DNA from: the human T2T-CHM13v2.0 reference genome, Homo sapiens | Strand: one strand, 5' to 3' | NCBI RefSeq assembly: GCF_009914755.1 | Contig: NC_060925.1 | Length of the DNA: 64,000 nt | Part shown: positions 27,275-46,741 of the stretch, piece by piece | Position numbering within the stretch: position 1 is the first letter of the stretch | Layout: every line of letters begins with the position of its first letter | Translations under genes and position numbers: made by a program | The notes under the pieces: generated by a model | Database searches by the model: none | Told to the model about the DNA's origin: nothing | What the model saw: only the letters and a program-made list of their open reading frames with translations

Positions 27275-29507
27275 GGTTGTCTGTTACTAACAAACTACCC
27301 TCAAACTTAATTAGCTTAAAATAACAACCATTTCACTTGCCTCAATGCTGTGAGTTGATAGGAATCAGCTGGGTGGTTTTGCGCCACATGATGGTGACTT
27401 TAGCTGCAGTTATCTAGGGGCTGGATTGGGCTTGAAACATCTGAGATACTCATGCACATGATTGGCAGTTAATGGTGGCTATCAGCTGGGAATTCAGCTG
27501 CCACATCTCAGTTTATGTGGCTTCTCCATGGGACTTGGAGTTCTTCCAGTCGTGGTGGCTGGGCTTGCTATCATTTATGGCTGGGATCCAAGAAGCAGCA
27601 TCCCAAGTATAAGCATTTCAAGAAGAGGAAAGTAGAAGCTAAGTCCTTTTGGGGCCTTAGCTTGGAAATCCCAGAACATTATTTTCACCACATTGTATTG
27701 GTCAAAGTAATCTACAGGGTCAGCCTAGATTAAAGAAAAAAAAAAAAAACCCCTTTTTGATGGGAAGGGGTCATGCATACACGAGCAAGAAAGAAATTGA
27801 TGGCAGAAATCTTTGGTAGTTACAATGTACCCCCTGGTCATAGTAATTTGTGTTCCTGATGGAAAATTATTTCACTACCTCCTAGGAAACCTTAAAGTCT
27901 CATCTCAATATGACATCAAGTTCAAGCTCAAGACCCAGAATCTCATGATCTAAACCAGTTTCAGTAACATATGAGGCACCTTTACTACAGTTTCCCTCAA
28001 TCCGAAGATGTGTGAAACTAAAGACAAGTTTTCTTTCCCATATTCACCCAGCCTACGATGGTGAGTCAGGCAATATACACTCTTGTTTAAAAAAGAGGAA
28101 AAATGAGAGGTACATAGCAGTGAATGGTTCATAGCAATTCTGAACTCCAATTGGGCACGTCTAATTCCTTATGATTCTGGGAGCACAGAATGTATGTCAA
28201 TTAGGGCCTAATTCTACCTGAGAGTGGTTCTCAACTCTTGGCTCTTCCCTGTAAGATCTTGACTTTGCTCTGAGTCATTCTTTTCCATGACTTTTCCATT
28301 AGAAAATCCATACTCATCTCTTCAAGACAGGCCTGTCTCTAATTTGAACTCAGAGGATGTTGAGGAACAGCACCCTTAACTACCTTAGATACTCATTATC
28401 GAGCAAAGTAATCTACAAAATGTGCTCATAAGATTCTTAGAAGTCTTTTTGTCTAGCTAAGAGGTCTATGAGGCACTGGCTTAAATATTTCTGAAACCTT
28501 AAAGGATATTACAGATGCACCGTTGATCCTAAATTATCCTAATTCTATGGTTTACTAACAATTCTTGATTTGATCTTTGCCATAAGGTGATTTCTTCCTT
28601 GAGAACCTCTTGCTGGCTGGAAAAGATGTTCTACACACTTTAAATATTCTATAAATTTTGCTCCAAAACTGAACAGTTTCTTAGTTTATTTCTCTCTTCT
28701 CCTGTTTGATGATAGGCAGCTAGAAGTAGTCAGGTGGCATTTTCCATGTTTGCCTGGAAGTCTCCTTGGATAGATTCACAAATTTATTAGGTTATGTTTT
28801 CCCTTTAGCAATTGCCATGAGCTTATTAGTTCTACCTTTCACGTTACTGCAAATGAAAGTGTTGCCTTTCTGTTTTCTCATTGATCTTCTAGCCACCACT
28901 GTCTGTATTTCCTGTTTAATTCCAAAGTTGAGGCTACGTAAGTTTTGGGTTTGACCAAGTGGCACCCTATTTCTAGATACCAGTTTCTATTGCAGTTATC
29001 TTTTGCTCCACAACAAACAACCTCAAAACTTAGTGGCTTAAAGCAACCATTTTGTTAACTCATGACTCTTTGTATAGAAGGAACTTAGCTGACTCAGTTG
29101 GGTGGCCCTGCTCCACGTGATGCTGTGTGGGGTATTCAATTATCTAAAGGCTGTGATATCCAAGACAGTTCATCCACATGGTTGACAGTTTATCTGGTTT
29201 TCCTTCACGTGACTTTTCCAAAGAGTTTGGCTTCCCACAGCATGGTGATTGAATTCCAAAAGGGAGTGTTCCAAGATTCAGTGTTCAGAGATGAAAGATG
29301 TGGAAACTGTTCATCCTCTCAAGGCCTGGTCTTCTCAGAAGTTCCAGAATGTCACTCTTTGCATTCTACTGGTCAAAGCAAACACAGATCCAGTCCAGTT
29401 TCCACAGGAGAGGAAAAAGAAGCCCATATCTCATTGGGGAAGTGGCATATGCTTGTAGAGAGAGAAAGAATTGATGGCAGTCATTACTGGAGATTTGTAA
29501 CTACACA
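27275..29507 (-). mobile_element. MaLR (MLT1 family) LTR-internal-LTR element; LTRs ~27275-27825 and ~28989-29507
   Basis: Two homologous LTR-like blocks (caaacttartkgcttaaa...caaccattt; cagytgggtgg; aagaawttgatggcag); ggcaccctatttctagataccagtttc at the internal boundary. Confidence 0.7.
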
Positions 29508-29543
29508 TTTTTAGTATATGTCAAAAAAAGAAGATTGAAAATA

Positions 29544-32240
<2,697 letters not shown>

Positions 32241-35200
32241 TTTAGGAGAAAGAACAGACAAAAGAGTTCCCTAAAGAAATAGTTACTACAAAAAAAAATC
32301 CACATATGACCCTTAATCGCAGTCTGTCTTTTACTACAGTGCCTCTGTCTTCCTCTTTTTCACTGTGACAATTCTGGGGACAAATAAAATGTCTTTTCTT
32401 TTACCTACCCCTACAATCCTCAATAGTCAATAGGTTCATGACTATATCACCAACATAGCTAGGAATAATCAAGCCCTATTATAATATAATGTCATTATGT
32501 TTGCTGACTCTTACCTAAAAGATTTGTCTAAATATAAATTAACCAATGCATAATAAATACCTGGTAAGTTGTTCTTGATTTCTGATTTTAACCTAATAAA
32601 TAATTATGTTGGAAATATCAAGTCTGTTAATGAATATTAATCAAAGGTGGTCAATGAGGTCTCATAAAATTTATAACATTTTATTAAAAGGTAAATTAAT
32701 ATGTTAATAGGTATTGATTTGTTAGTTGTTAAGAACAAAGGATGAAAGTAGAGTTAGAAGTTACAGTTGTTTGTTTTTGCCATTTTGAAAGTGTTTCAGT
32801 TTCATTATTTCATTGGATTTTTATAACAGTTTTGTATTGTATGTAGGGAAAAGATTTGTTAGATTCAAATTGTATTAATATAATAGAAATAGACTTTGAT
32901 TATTATTCATAAGGACACATAGAGTAGATATTTGGGTAAATAACTATTATCTTTGTCTTAATAATCAGAAGTAGATTATTTCTTCTTTTTTCATCTTTGT
33001 AAAAATATAGGTATTTTATTTACTTAACACCATTAAATGAAGCTAGATTTTGTACTGTACTATGGAACTTCTGATCCCAGAAGAGCACTGTACAAAAATC
33101 CTTAATTAAAAAGGCTTGGTATTTTAGAAAACTATCCTTTATTCAACTTGCTCAATTTGTTGAGGAGATTTTTTGTTTACAGAATGGTGAAGAGGAACTT
33201 AATGATAGAGATGAAGGTAGTTTAATCAGGTCTTAGATTCTATTTTAGGCAAATCCAATTTAGTTGTAGAAACACCAGATGCCTACCCCCATGATTAAAA
33301 TTCTGAATGTCAATAAGCTAAGATGTTAGACTGCAATTTCTGTGTTTAACAAAAATAACCAACATAATTTTAATATTTTTTTCTGTGCTTTCAAGTTAGC
33401 ACTATTAAAATATTTTCTAGTTTTTAATTATAAGTAGTTAATAATTATGGAGAATTGAGTTATATTCCTAGATCTGCCAAAAGAAAAATAATAAAACCTT
33501 GTGAAGTCAGTTAATTCCTTTGATCTTTAAGTGGGAACAAATTCTAACATTACACTAACTCTCAATAAATAGTGCTTTACAGTTTACAAAGTATTTTCAT
33601 TTCTATGTCACCCTCCCTCCCTTTTTTTTTTTTTGTTTTAATAATTCAGAAACAGGTTCAGGAAAGTCATTTTCTAAGCCTAAATATTACTGTGCATATA
33701 CAGATTAAGGGGAAACATACTGATGAAAGGGAATAATTAAGCGTGTAGAAACAAGATAGATGACTGTACACAACTAAGAAAACATAAACATAAGATTTTT
33801 GGAATGTTGGAGAGGATACACTTTAAAGCACAGGTGGCTCTTGGCCTTTAGAGAAGGAACACCTCTTCTAGCATAATAGCTCAGAGGGGGAAGAAAATAG
33901 GTGTAAATATATACGGACTTGTAGGTGTGCTGGTGAAAAGTTGAAGATAATCTCATCTGATGCTTCAGATTTCTATAAAATTGTCAAGGTCATCTTCCAA
34001 GAGTGAAGGATGATGAAAATAAAGATTTGTAAGAAGTATTGCAAAGAATGGAATATCAAGTGGCCAAAGAAAAATCGTGGAATTGCCAGAGAGTGGTAAA
34101 AATCCTTCTGAGGTTAGTAATCACATGATTAAGTTGTGTATTTTTCCCCCAGCAATCTTTGTCTTCTCGGATTCAAGAATAGAAAAAAATGAAGAGCAAT
34201 ATTTGGGAGGCTTATCTAATAGACAGATGAGTTGAAATTAAAAAAGGTCATAGAAATTTAGTTTAATGATGGCCACAAAACTTAAGCAGAAAGGTAGAGT
34301 AATTAGAAGGTCAATATTTGTCAGTTGCAAGGATGGAAAAAAAGTGATACATACAAATAGCATGACCCTAAAAGATATGTAGTATTTTTATGGAAGCCAA
34401 TGAGAAGAATAATCTGGGGTAAGGGATAGTGTCACTAATGATATTTGAATTCTGAAATAATACAAAATCACCATTTGCAAGCTTAAAGAGAAAGTGTACC
34501 CTCTTTGAAGAGGCAGATTTCAGTAATGGCAAAGATGTGGAAGGAATTCTTGGATAAAAGGTTGAAAATAGAGGGAAATTCTGATTTTAGAGAGCAAGGA
34601 AGTACAGACTTTCATGGGGATGGTGTAGTAGAGTATTAAGGCGAAGGGCAAGCTGGGAGTGGGCAGGAAGTAGGGAGTGGGAAAAGTTGGTAGGGGGCTT
34701 ATGTTTTAGATACTGATTGTGATTAATGCAAGATTAAGAATCATGGTGGGTTCAGTTTCATAGTTTTTGAGGATGTTAGATTCTGGTTCTAATAAAGAAT
34801 TTGTCTCATTCAGCCTAAGTGAGTAATTACCTCAGTGGGAACAAGTTTTGGTAGCTTCTCATATATGGCTTGGAGGTGGGAGGGGACCTAGGTATTGATG
34901 CCAGCAACTAAAGACATTAAGGCTACAGTAGGAACATAACCTATAGCTACAAACTGTGAGCTTTATATATCCAACCTTATATTCCAGGTAGAAATCCAAC
35001 TTGATCATGTTTTATCTTTTACATACACTGTTGGATTTGACTTGCTAATATTTTATTTAAATTTTTTGTTTCCATACTTGTGGAAATATTAGCCTGTAAT
35101 TTTCCCTTCTCATACTGCCCTTGTCCAGTTTTGGTACAAAGATTATATGAGTTTAATAAAATGAGTTGATAATTATTCTCCTTTTCTGTTCTCTGAAAAA

Positions 35201-35477
35201 GCCTGTGTAAAATAATGTTTCTTTTCAGATTGATAGAATTAACTTATAAATACATCTAGGCCCTGTGTTTTTTTGGGGGGTAATATTTTGTTAACTACTG
35301 TTCTGGTTTCTTTGCTGGTTACAGGGCTATTCAGACTTTCTATTTGTCTTAAATCAATTCTGGTAAATTATATTTTTCTAGAAATCTATTTTTTTTGTTT
35401 TCAAATTTGTTGGCATTAAGTTGCTCATAATATTTTATATCATTTTTATCTCAGCTCTATCTAAGCATGTGTTTTAA

Positions 35478-35846
<369 letters not shown>

Positions 35847-36268
35847 AGATATTTAAAAATCTTATTAGAGAACCAATTTTTGGCATGTGAATTCTATCTA
35901 TAAAATTTATATTAATTTATGCATGTACTTATTTCCTTATGTTTGTACTTTGTGGGTTTGCTTTATTTTCTTAACTTAGTTGGAAACTCAGGCCATTTGT
36001 TTTAAGTCTTCTTTTGCAATTTATGTTTTTAATAGTAATATTTTCTTGATGTTCCAAAGTTTTGATATAAAATACTCTTATTTTTTTTTAAGTTTTAAGA
36101 ATTTCAGATTTCCAGTATAATTTATTCCTTGAACACAGAAGTTATTTAGATGTATGTGTATTTATTATTAATAGCAAATACATATTTGTAATTAATTTCT
36201 ACTTAATTGCATTGTGGTCCTAAAGAGTAATTTGTCTTACAGTATACTAGTTCATTATTAACTTTTGA

Positions 36269-36681
<413 letters not shown>

Positions 36682-39341
36682 TAATTCTGTGGTTAATATC
36701 TACATAGATACTAATTTTTTGTTACGCGATCTAGCAAAGGTTCAAAGAACTGCACTGAAATTTCTGATGGTGGATTGCCACTTTTTTCCTGTAGTCTGTC
36801 AGTTTTTACTATGTATATTCTGTGACATTTTATTAGCCATATATATGTTTAAAATTTTTAGATCATCCTAGTGGTACTGTACCATTTTATAGTTATGTAA
36901 TAATGTAAGTAATATTATGTATATAAGATATATTTCTATATCTAATAATGCTTTTTCTCTTTAAATGTATTTGTCTGATATTAATTGATACTTGCTTAAA
37001 GAATTGTATTTGCTAGATATAGTTTTTCCATCATTTTACATCTTGCTTTTCTGTATCCTTATGTTTTGAATGTATCTCTTTTGAATAGCCAATACCTGGG
37101 TTTAAAAAATGTCTAATTAGACAATATATACCTCATAACTGTTAAATTGAAATCATTTATGGTTTTTGTTACTATTATTATGTTTGGAATGATTGCCTCT
37201 TTAAATTCTTACTCTGGAACTGGAAAGAATGGTAAAATAACTCTGGTTTCAAATAGAAACTCCTTGCTGCTCCTTCAGAGAAAGCCAAATGGAGGTTTAA
37301 AAGTCCTTTCCATTTCCCTACCAAAACAAAAGCAACAAAAAAGAAAATTAAAAATCCTCATTCTCTGGAAATGCTTGAAGAAGGGAAAAAATAAATTGGA
37401 GATACAATGATTGGCAAAAATGACATCTTTATTTATTTTTAATAAAAGATAAATGTAATGTAGAGCCATGGCCTTATTCTTCTAAACTTCTGTGGGACTT
37501 ACACAGTTTATTATGTAAGTCTCTGTAATTCAAGTTACCCGGAAAGTTCAATTTCATGTGTGATTATTATTGCCTATTGAAAGTGCATCTGATTTGTTAT
37601 AACAGGAACCCTGTAGGGGAAATAATTGTATGTTGTTAGCAATGAATATATGTAAACCTTTAAAAATGAATTAATGTTTTTGATATAGCATGTTTAATTC
37701 AAGCTAGTCTGTGTTCAATTATTGGAAGCAGGGAGTGAACGCTCTAAGAAATAAAATAACCTAGGGTGAAACACCTTATTTTATGAAAAACTAATTTTTA
37801 GGAGCATTTTCTTTTATACTATGTAAAAAAATCCCTGAAAGATGAACAGACTTTGACAGCTGTTATAGGTGAGAGCCTCAAGTAAAGATAAAATTAAATG
37901 TTTTCCTTAAATGCTATTGCCCAAATAATGAATATCCATAATTGAAAACTGAGATTACCTTATACTTTGCTTTGTTCTCTCTGCCAGAGTCCTACCCACT
38001 GTATTAGTTGTTAGAGTTGTGGAACTTAACCGAAGCTTTCTCTGGATTCCAGGTAACTTTGTTCTTTTGTTTTTGTTTTTTTCCTGCAGAATCGATATAT
38101 GGGCCTGAAATATATTAAGGTAGATCTTCTAATCTTAGATAATCCTGAATTTTTTTGTTAATGCATTCTTTGCATTGATGATTGCCAGTATGAAGTATGC
38201 TGTGATATGAAAAGCACAGGAACCAGGGATGGGAGGCCCAAGGTTAAATTCAACCTCTATATCTTCCTGGTTGCATAACCTGGACTAGTCAGCTAACCAC
38301 AAACACTTCAATTTTGTCATCCTTGAGGAGGACATATTGAAAACATTGTTCTACCTACCTCATAGAGCAATTGTGTCTCGTAGTTCTTCCAGTGAGATAA
38401 TGTATGTGAAATAATTATGTAACATAACACATCATAAAAATGTTGGCTATCTTTGGTGCAACAAAGCTATTCCACAGCATGGATTATACTGTCTTTACAT
38501 CAATTCTTTAGTAATTATGAACATACATAGTATTTGACTTTTATATATGTTTCAGGAATGCAATATCTAACTTATTCATGAGGTACTTTATTTTCATAGC
38601 AAGGCATATAAACAACTACCTATGACAAATGTATTTGTTCTTAAATGATTTTTCAAATTTTTGTTATTAAAAGCACAGGAGTTACTGCAGTAGCACCTAT
38701 CTTGAAAAGTCAAGTTAAAATGATTATTGTTTGTGTATATAATATATGTGTGTGTGTGTGTGTATTGTGTGTGTAATTTTTTCAAATCCAATTGTTGTAA
38801 AAGATAACTGTTTTGTCATAGAGCCTGCATATTTTTATCTAAATATATGTTCGTACCATTTTAGTCATTATACTCTTTTCACGTTTTAAACTTCCAGTTA
38901 GAGACCAAACTTTTGAAAATTGACTAGAGAAATGCTGCTGTTGAGTTTACTTTCTTCTGAAAGAATATCTTTTCCTGTAATGGGAGGTACAATATTTCTG
39001 TACAGAGCTACTTCACTCCCACAAGTCATAGGTCATCAAGAAGAGCATCTACATCCCCAAATGTTTCAGAGTGTAAGTCAAAAACTCTTACAATTCCACT
39101 TCTTTTCATGTGTCTCGTAGATGTTTTAAGAATATTTTCAGCTGCATGGCTTGACAGCCTTGGGATTCCCTCACACATTCACAGTCTTTTTTGGATCAGT
39201 CTGATGTGAGCATGAAAACTGGGAGTTGTGGAGCCCACTTAGGAAATGATTGCAATTGTCCAGGAGACAGATGATGGTAATTAAGTTTCCATCAGCCTGG
39301 AACTCAGGACAGAAGATACATATTCTGTATGTAGAGGTAAG

Positions 39342-39557
39342 CAGTTCTTTCCTGGGGATGATTTTTACCTTCCAGAGGACAGTCGGCAATGTCTGAGGAT
39401 AGTTTTAGTTGTTGCAACTGAGGGAGGGATGCTAATAGTATCTACTGGTTAGAGGCCAGGAATGCTGCTAAACATACTATAATGCACAAGACAACTCCCC
39501 ACAGCAAATAATTATCTGGTCCAAAATGTAAACAGTGGTGATTTTCAGAAGCCTCGG
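39342..39557. mobile_element. MER20
   Basis: ggcaatgtctg...tagaggccaggaatgctgctaaacat...aattatctggtccaaaatgt. Confidence 0.8.
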
Positions 39558-39814
39558 TGTAGATGGTACCTGAAGTCGTCAGAGGGAATAACAGCATCTG
39601 AAGTGTGAGGGAGGAGACTAATCCAGAAAAACACCAATAGACAAGGAGCATGCATGCCCCCGGTCACAGAAGCAGAGAAGAATCTGTAGAGTGGTATTAT
39701 GAAAACCAAAGTGAGGAAAGAATTTCAATTTGGGATTGGTAATCAGCATTCAATGTAGCCGAAAGTTAAGTAAGATGAGGACTGTTGAGTCTAACAGGCT
39801 TGGTGGTTAGGTGG

Positions 39815-40768
39815 TGTATTGGATATTCTCCATTTGCTTCTTAAAATTCACGTTCTATCTTTCTCCATCCTGTTTTATCCCTAGAGAAGGTTGACTTAAC
39901 AGACTTCATCAACAGGGTTCTCTTGTCCTCTGGCTTTCAGCTGGATTCTGACAATGAAAGGTTCTGAAAAGAGATAGAAGAGCACGAGGAGAGAGTGCAA
40001 GTTGTTTTTCCCTGAAGCTCTGTCCCTCCTGGGCCACAGAGTGACAGGGGCAGTGTTTCTCTTCCAAAAGCAAAAGCTCCTGTTGGGCAGCTTTTTCCTA
40101 TAGCTGCAGGTCTCACTGGTTTCTTGCCCCCTCCAGGCCTGTGGGTAGGAGTCACTTTCACCTGTTAATAGGTGGTGCTTCACTATCTTTTGTTAGTTTC
40201 CTGCCTAGACCCTTGTAAACAGTCTTTTTTTTTTATTATACTTTAAGTTTTAGGGTACATGTGCACAATCTGCACGTTAGTCACATATGTATACATGTGC
40301 CATGTTGGTGTGCTGCACCCATTAACTGGCCATTTAACATTAGGTATATCTCCTAATGCTATCCCTTCCCCCTCCCGCCACCCCACAACAGGCCCTGGTG
40401 TGTGATGTTCCCATTACTGTGTCCATGTGTTCTCATTGTTCAATTCCCACCTATGAGTGAGAATATGTGGTGTTTGGTTTTTTTGTCCTTGAGATAGTTT
40501 CCTGAGAATGATGGTTTCCAGCTTCATCCATGTCCCTACAAAGGACATGAACTCATCATTTTTTATGGTTGCATAGTATTCCATAGTGTATATGTGCCAC
40601 ATTTTCTTAATCCAGTCTATCATTGTTGGACATTTGGGTTGGTTCCAAGTCTTTGCTATTGTGAATAGTGCTGCAATAAACATACATGTGCAAATAGTCT
40701 TCTTTAAACTCCCTTCAATCATACCTTTTCTGTTTGTGTTGTTTCCTTCCAGGGACGTGCCTGACACA
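39815..40768 (+). mobile_element. LTR33-like ERVL solo LTR split by an L1PA insertion
   Basis: tgtattgg...tccatttgc start, gtcctctggctttc...; resumes at ~40692 and ends ...tgacaca. Confidence 0.6.
40225..40691 (-). mobile_element. L1PA 3' end (primate, 5'-truncated)
   Basis: ttattatactttaagttttagggtacatgtgcaca; ORF2 C-terminus MFIAALFTIAKTWNQPKCP; TSD aaacagtctt/aaatagtctt. Confidence 0.92.
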
Positions 40769-41641
40769 GAGGTCATTGCTGATCTGTATCAGAACCACTT
40801 TCAGTGGAATAGTTGAGGCAGATAGGTGGAAAAATAAATGGAAAGAAAGGAAGAAGATTAAATAAGAAAAATTGAATTTTTGTTTGTTTGTTTTTGCAAG
40901 GAGTTTTGGGAATGAAGAAGAGAAGGAAAATACTGGAGACAATAGGTAGTAATAATTTGGAAGAACCAAGACAAGTTTTTAAATAAGAGATAGAAAGTTG
41001 TTTTTAGGTTGTGAATAAAAAACATGGAGGGGATAGAACTGTAATATGAATAAAAAAGAAATTTGAATGTATTATAATCCAATTAAAAGCACAGATGACA
41101 ATATTAGTCTCACATAGAAACACATCTTTGAGAACAATAAAATGGAAAATAGCTGAGTTAATAGATGTGGGGTAAGAAATTAGGGAAGTTCATGCCTGGT
41201 GGGCTCAGTGTCTACTGGGATGTTGAAAGAAGGTCGTTTAAGGATGTAGGAGAGGGAGACTGAGGAGAATAATGAAGGTTTGGAATAGCTGCTGTGGGAA
41301 ACGGAAGAGGGATCTGTTTGCAGAACAAGCTATGGACCCCAGTTGAAGAGCACTGATTGGTTGATATATGTATGAAATTTTGAGGAAGATACAATTTTGT
41401 TGAGTAGGACTTACCAGCTAGTAGTTAGGAAAAGAGAGATCAGATGGTTGAAATGATTGGAAGTTTGGGGATTTAAACGATAAGTGCTTTGGAAGAATAA
41501 AGGGATAAAAATGGGGGAAGTGCCAGCAGGAAGGTGATTGATGACATCTGTCAAGTGTTTAGGCTGCACAGGAAGGATAGAAACAGGGAAAGTGGAGAAA
41601 GGCAGTGTCAAACAGGCAAGGCTGAGAAATTGCAGGTCTTA

Positions 41642-41983
<342 letters not shown>

Positions 41984-44479
41984 ATGAATTGAGAGAACTG
42001 GAAGGGTAGATGACTATCATCAGAGAATGGTATATTGAAATTGAAGGGAAGTTGGCAGTAAAAGTAAAAAGAAGAACTGCATGCCAGAATATGTTAGTTA
42101 ATCAGAGGGGCATGAGTGGATGACAGTTTCTTCACGGAAATCCAGTATAAGCTGGGTTCCAGAATATAAGATCTCAACATTAATAAATAAGTAAAATTAA
42201 AATGTCACTATATCTTTTAATTTAAGAAATGTGTGCTCCCCTCTTAGACTGTAAATCTGTTGAAAAGAAAGAATGATTATATTATACATTTTCATCATCT
42301 CTTCTATTATTTAACATAATTCCTTGTATGTATTAGACACTCAGACATTTGTAGAATGTTTGAAAGGGAACAAAAATATATAAAATTTGTATCATGAGAT
42401 AATGTATTAGATATATTTGAATAGATAAGTATACGATTAAATTTTATTCTATAATACATTCAGTATAAAACTTCAAAATGAATTTCTTATTTATGTGCTA
42501 AACTTTATTTTGTTTTCAGACTTAATTTAATTTGCTTATTGTGGTATCTACAGTCATTCTGAAATGGCAGTTTTTTGGGACTTCTCTCTTTCAATTCACA
42601 TACATGAAAGTTTGAATAAGTTTCTAATACAGAGAAATGTGAGTGGTGTGTTTAGCATAGATTAATTGAATCCCAACTTCTTAATAAATTAACTTTTATT
42701 TACATAAGCAGATCCCTAAAATCGTATATCTGTGTACTGTATGCACCATTTTACTTCATGTATATCTATTAATAATAATGAAAACTAACATTTGAGTAAT
42801 GTCAGTGTCAGGTACTGCTCTAGTTTACATAATTTACTCATTTTTCCCCTCACAACAACCCAATGAACATGTGCTATTATTTTTCTTATTTTACAGATGA
42901 GGAAACAGTAGAGAGGTTAACTAATTTGCCCAAAGTCATGAAATCAGTGAATGAATTAAAACTTAGGAGATCTGGTGTTCAAGATACTAACCACCATTAC
43001 AGTATAGACACATGGATACAAATGCCGATGCGTTTATCTTTGATTGCTTGTTTGATGTTTGTTTTCTTTACCTTAAGATCTCTGAGATCAAGGACACTGG
43101 CTGTTAAATGGCATCTTATCAATAAGTATGTTGTGAACAAATAAATGAATGAGCTTCTGACTTTACAGGATAATTTTGCTATTTCCTCCAAAGTTTCCTA
43201 TTAGTTTACAGCTAACACTCTTGGCTTTTCCTTCAAGTCCATTCCAGTTATTATTTGGGTGATTTGTTATGAGACATGTTATGACATTTTAAGCCTTTAC
43301 ATTTAAAACATCATCCTTTTGCTGAGACAATAATGATCTCTTCTTCTCCTCCTCCTCCTGCCAAAAGAATTGCAGATTAAGTGTTTACACGAGGGCAGTT
43401 TGTAATCCAGTATTTCTGCAGCAGCAGGCTTCAAATATTCTAGGCAAATCCTGCTTTTTGTTCAACTCTTCCTGATGAGTGTTGTGATTAAAGCTTCACC
43501 TTGGCATCCATTAGTCATCGAGTGCTTACTTTGAGAATGGTTGCTATCATCATTTACTCTATAAACAGGTGCCACCTAGTTACTTTTGTTTTGGCAATTA
43601 TGGGTTAAATACATTCCTGAGCCTAGTCCTGCTTAAGCTTGCTAGTTCTCTATTTTAAATTAAGGCACGGTAGGTTATTTCTTTCAAGAGTAAAGGTTTC
43701 TTTAAGTAGGAATCTTTCAAATTACTCATTTTTACTCATTTTGATTCTTGTTTTCTGTAGATGAGTCTTTCACTGTTCAGCCTTGCTTTACTGTGCCTGG
43801 CTGACAAAACTGCATTACATCGCAGTTAACAATGGCTAATGATTAAAAATAACATATTTTATTCTTAAAATATTGCTCTCTTTTAAGATGCTTATTTGAC
43901 TATTCTTCGTTACTGCCTTGCTACCATTCTTCTAAGTATTTACTTTCAGTCCATGGAATTAATGTCAATTTATAAAGAGTTGTTCCACTGAGGAGTTTTT
44001 GAATTATAAATATATTATGCAAGGATCCTGTTTTTTGCTACAGTTTTTTAGGTCCAGTAATTCCTTAGCAAAGAACTCTGTATGGGATTAATACATTTGT
44101 TAGCAATTACTTGATAGGAGAAAACATGTTGAACTATTACTTTAAAGCTACTTATTTTATATATAATTACCCTGAATGTCTCCTTTCTAGCACTTTTTCT
44201 CCATGTGATATGCCTGTTGTTCATCAAGTTAGAAATAGTCCATGGGGCAATTAAAATTACTTTCCCAGTTGATAAAGAAGAATAGAGGATGGAATTTTAG
44301 ATTCATGAGCAAAAACACTCAGTACCTATTGAAGTGACCATATGTTAGGGAGTAGTCACAGTCAGGAGTTCTATCTCACCCACTTTTGTTTCACCAAAAT
44401 CTAGTACAATCGCAGACCTTCTTCCCCTCCACTGCCACACCATTTGCTTCCTCCTTTCTTCCCTTCCTGCAATTGAGAC

Positions 44480-45680
<1,201 letters not shown>

Positions 45681-46344
45681 TGTCTGATTTCAACATTAGG
45701 CTGCCACAGGAAATTGTGCAAACCTGCTTTAAACAGATTTCTCACAGGGAGCCCCTTTTTGGGTACTTATCAAGTACCATATCTTTAATTGCAGGCCATA
45801 TTATGTCAGCACCATTATTTCTCTACTGTGATTCAGACACCTAGGAATTTCTTTTATCTTGCTCTTCATCTCATTGTTCATTTAAAGACATTTAAACATA
45901 TTTTATTTTTCACTTCCACGTTTTTGTGTTGGAGGAGAGACTTCCAAATGTTTTCAAGGGAAATAAAAGTAGAACTTACACTTCACTTCTCTGATTCTCT
46001 GTTTTACTATTTATAAAATGGGAGTAATACTATCTATGTACAGATTTGTGGTTAAGAATTAGAGATGATATGTATAAAATACTGGCCCATAATAGGCAAT
46101 CAACAAATGAATATTGTAATTTTATTACCACTAAATATTATTCTTACACCCAGAGAATAAAAACATATTGCTTCCTTTTTTAAATACAACTTTAACTTGG
46201 CACAGTGTTTCTAAGTTTCTTATGCATTAATTTGGTTGGAATATAAGATATTTTACTGAATGATATTTTGTATTTTGGGCTTTATAATGTTTTTAGGGTC
46301 TTGGTAATGTAATGCTTGAGAAAGAATAGACTTCAAATAGAAAA

Positions 46345-46374
46345 TTTATTTTCTCATGAGATTTCATTTTTATT
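46345..46374 (-). terminator. PDC: PDC polyadenylation signals (two AATAAA on the minus strand)
   Basis: tttatt at 46345-46350 and 46369-46374, ~370-400 nt past the stop codon. Confidence 0.7.
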
Positions 46375-46741
46375 ACACAAAGAAAATTATAATGAATAAT
46401 GTAATTTGAAAAGTCCAAATAATAACAGTGATGAGGGAAAATGGAGTAAAAAAGACAAAACATAACTTGAAAGGGATTTTTGAAAAATGTCATAATATTA
46501 TCCACATCCTCTTTGTCTACTAATAATGTTGCTGAAGACAGCTCTGTTTTGTAGTCAAGCATTGTATCAATTTGAGTAACTAATACTAAGAAATGCTAAT
46601 AACTCGATTGTTGCATCAGTCATTTTTGTCAAGTTAGCATAGCCGTGCCCATACTCTGTGTTCACTAAAGCAATATAGATACTACCAAAACCATCATCCA
46701 ATACCTAAAGGATAAACATGAGATATTGACATAGTGAATCT

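Noticed and set aside
29098-29514. 138-aa ORF
   Set aside because: Lies within an MLT1 LTR, starts at a non-ATG codon and has no recognisable domain
37147-37410. 87-aa ORF with hydrophobic N-terminus and basic tail
   Set aside because: Non-ATG start at an L1 edge, no splice or homology support
40414-40776. 120-aa ORF
   Set aside because: L1 ORF2 C-terminus in a 5'-truncated L1PA fused to LTR sequence
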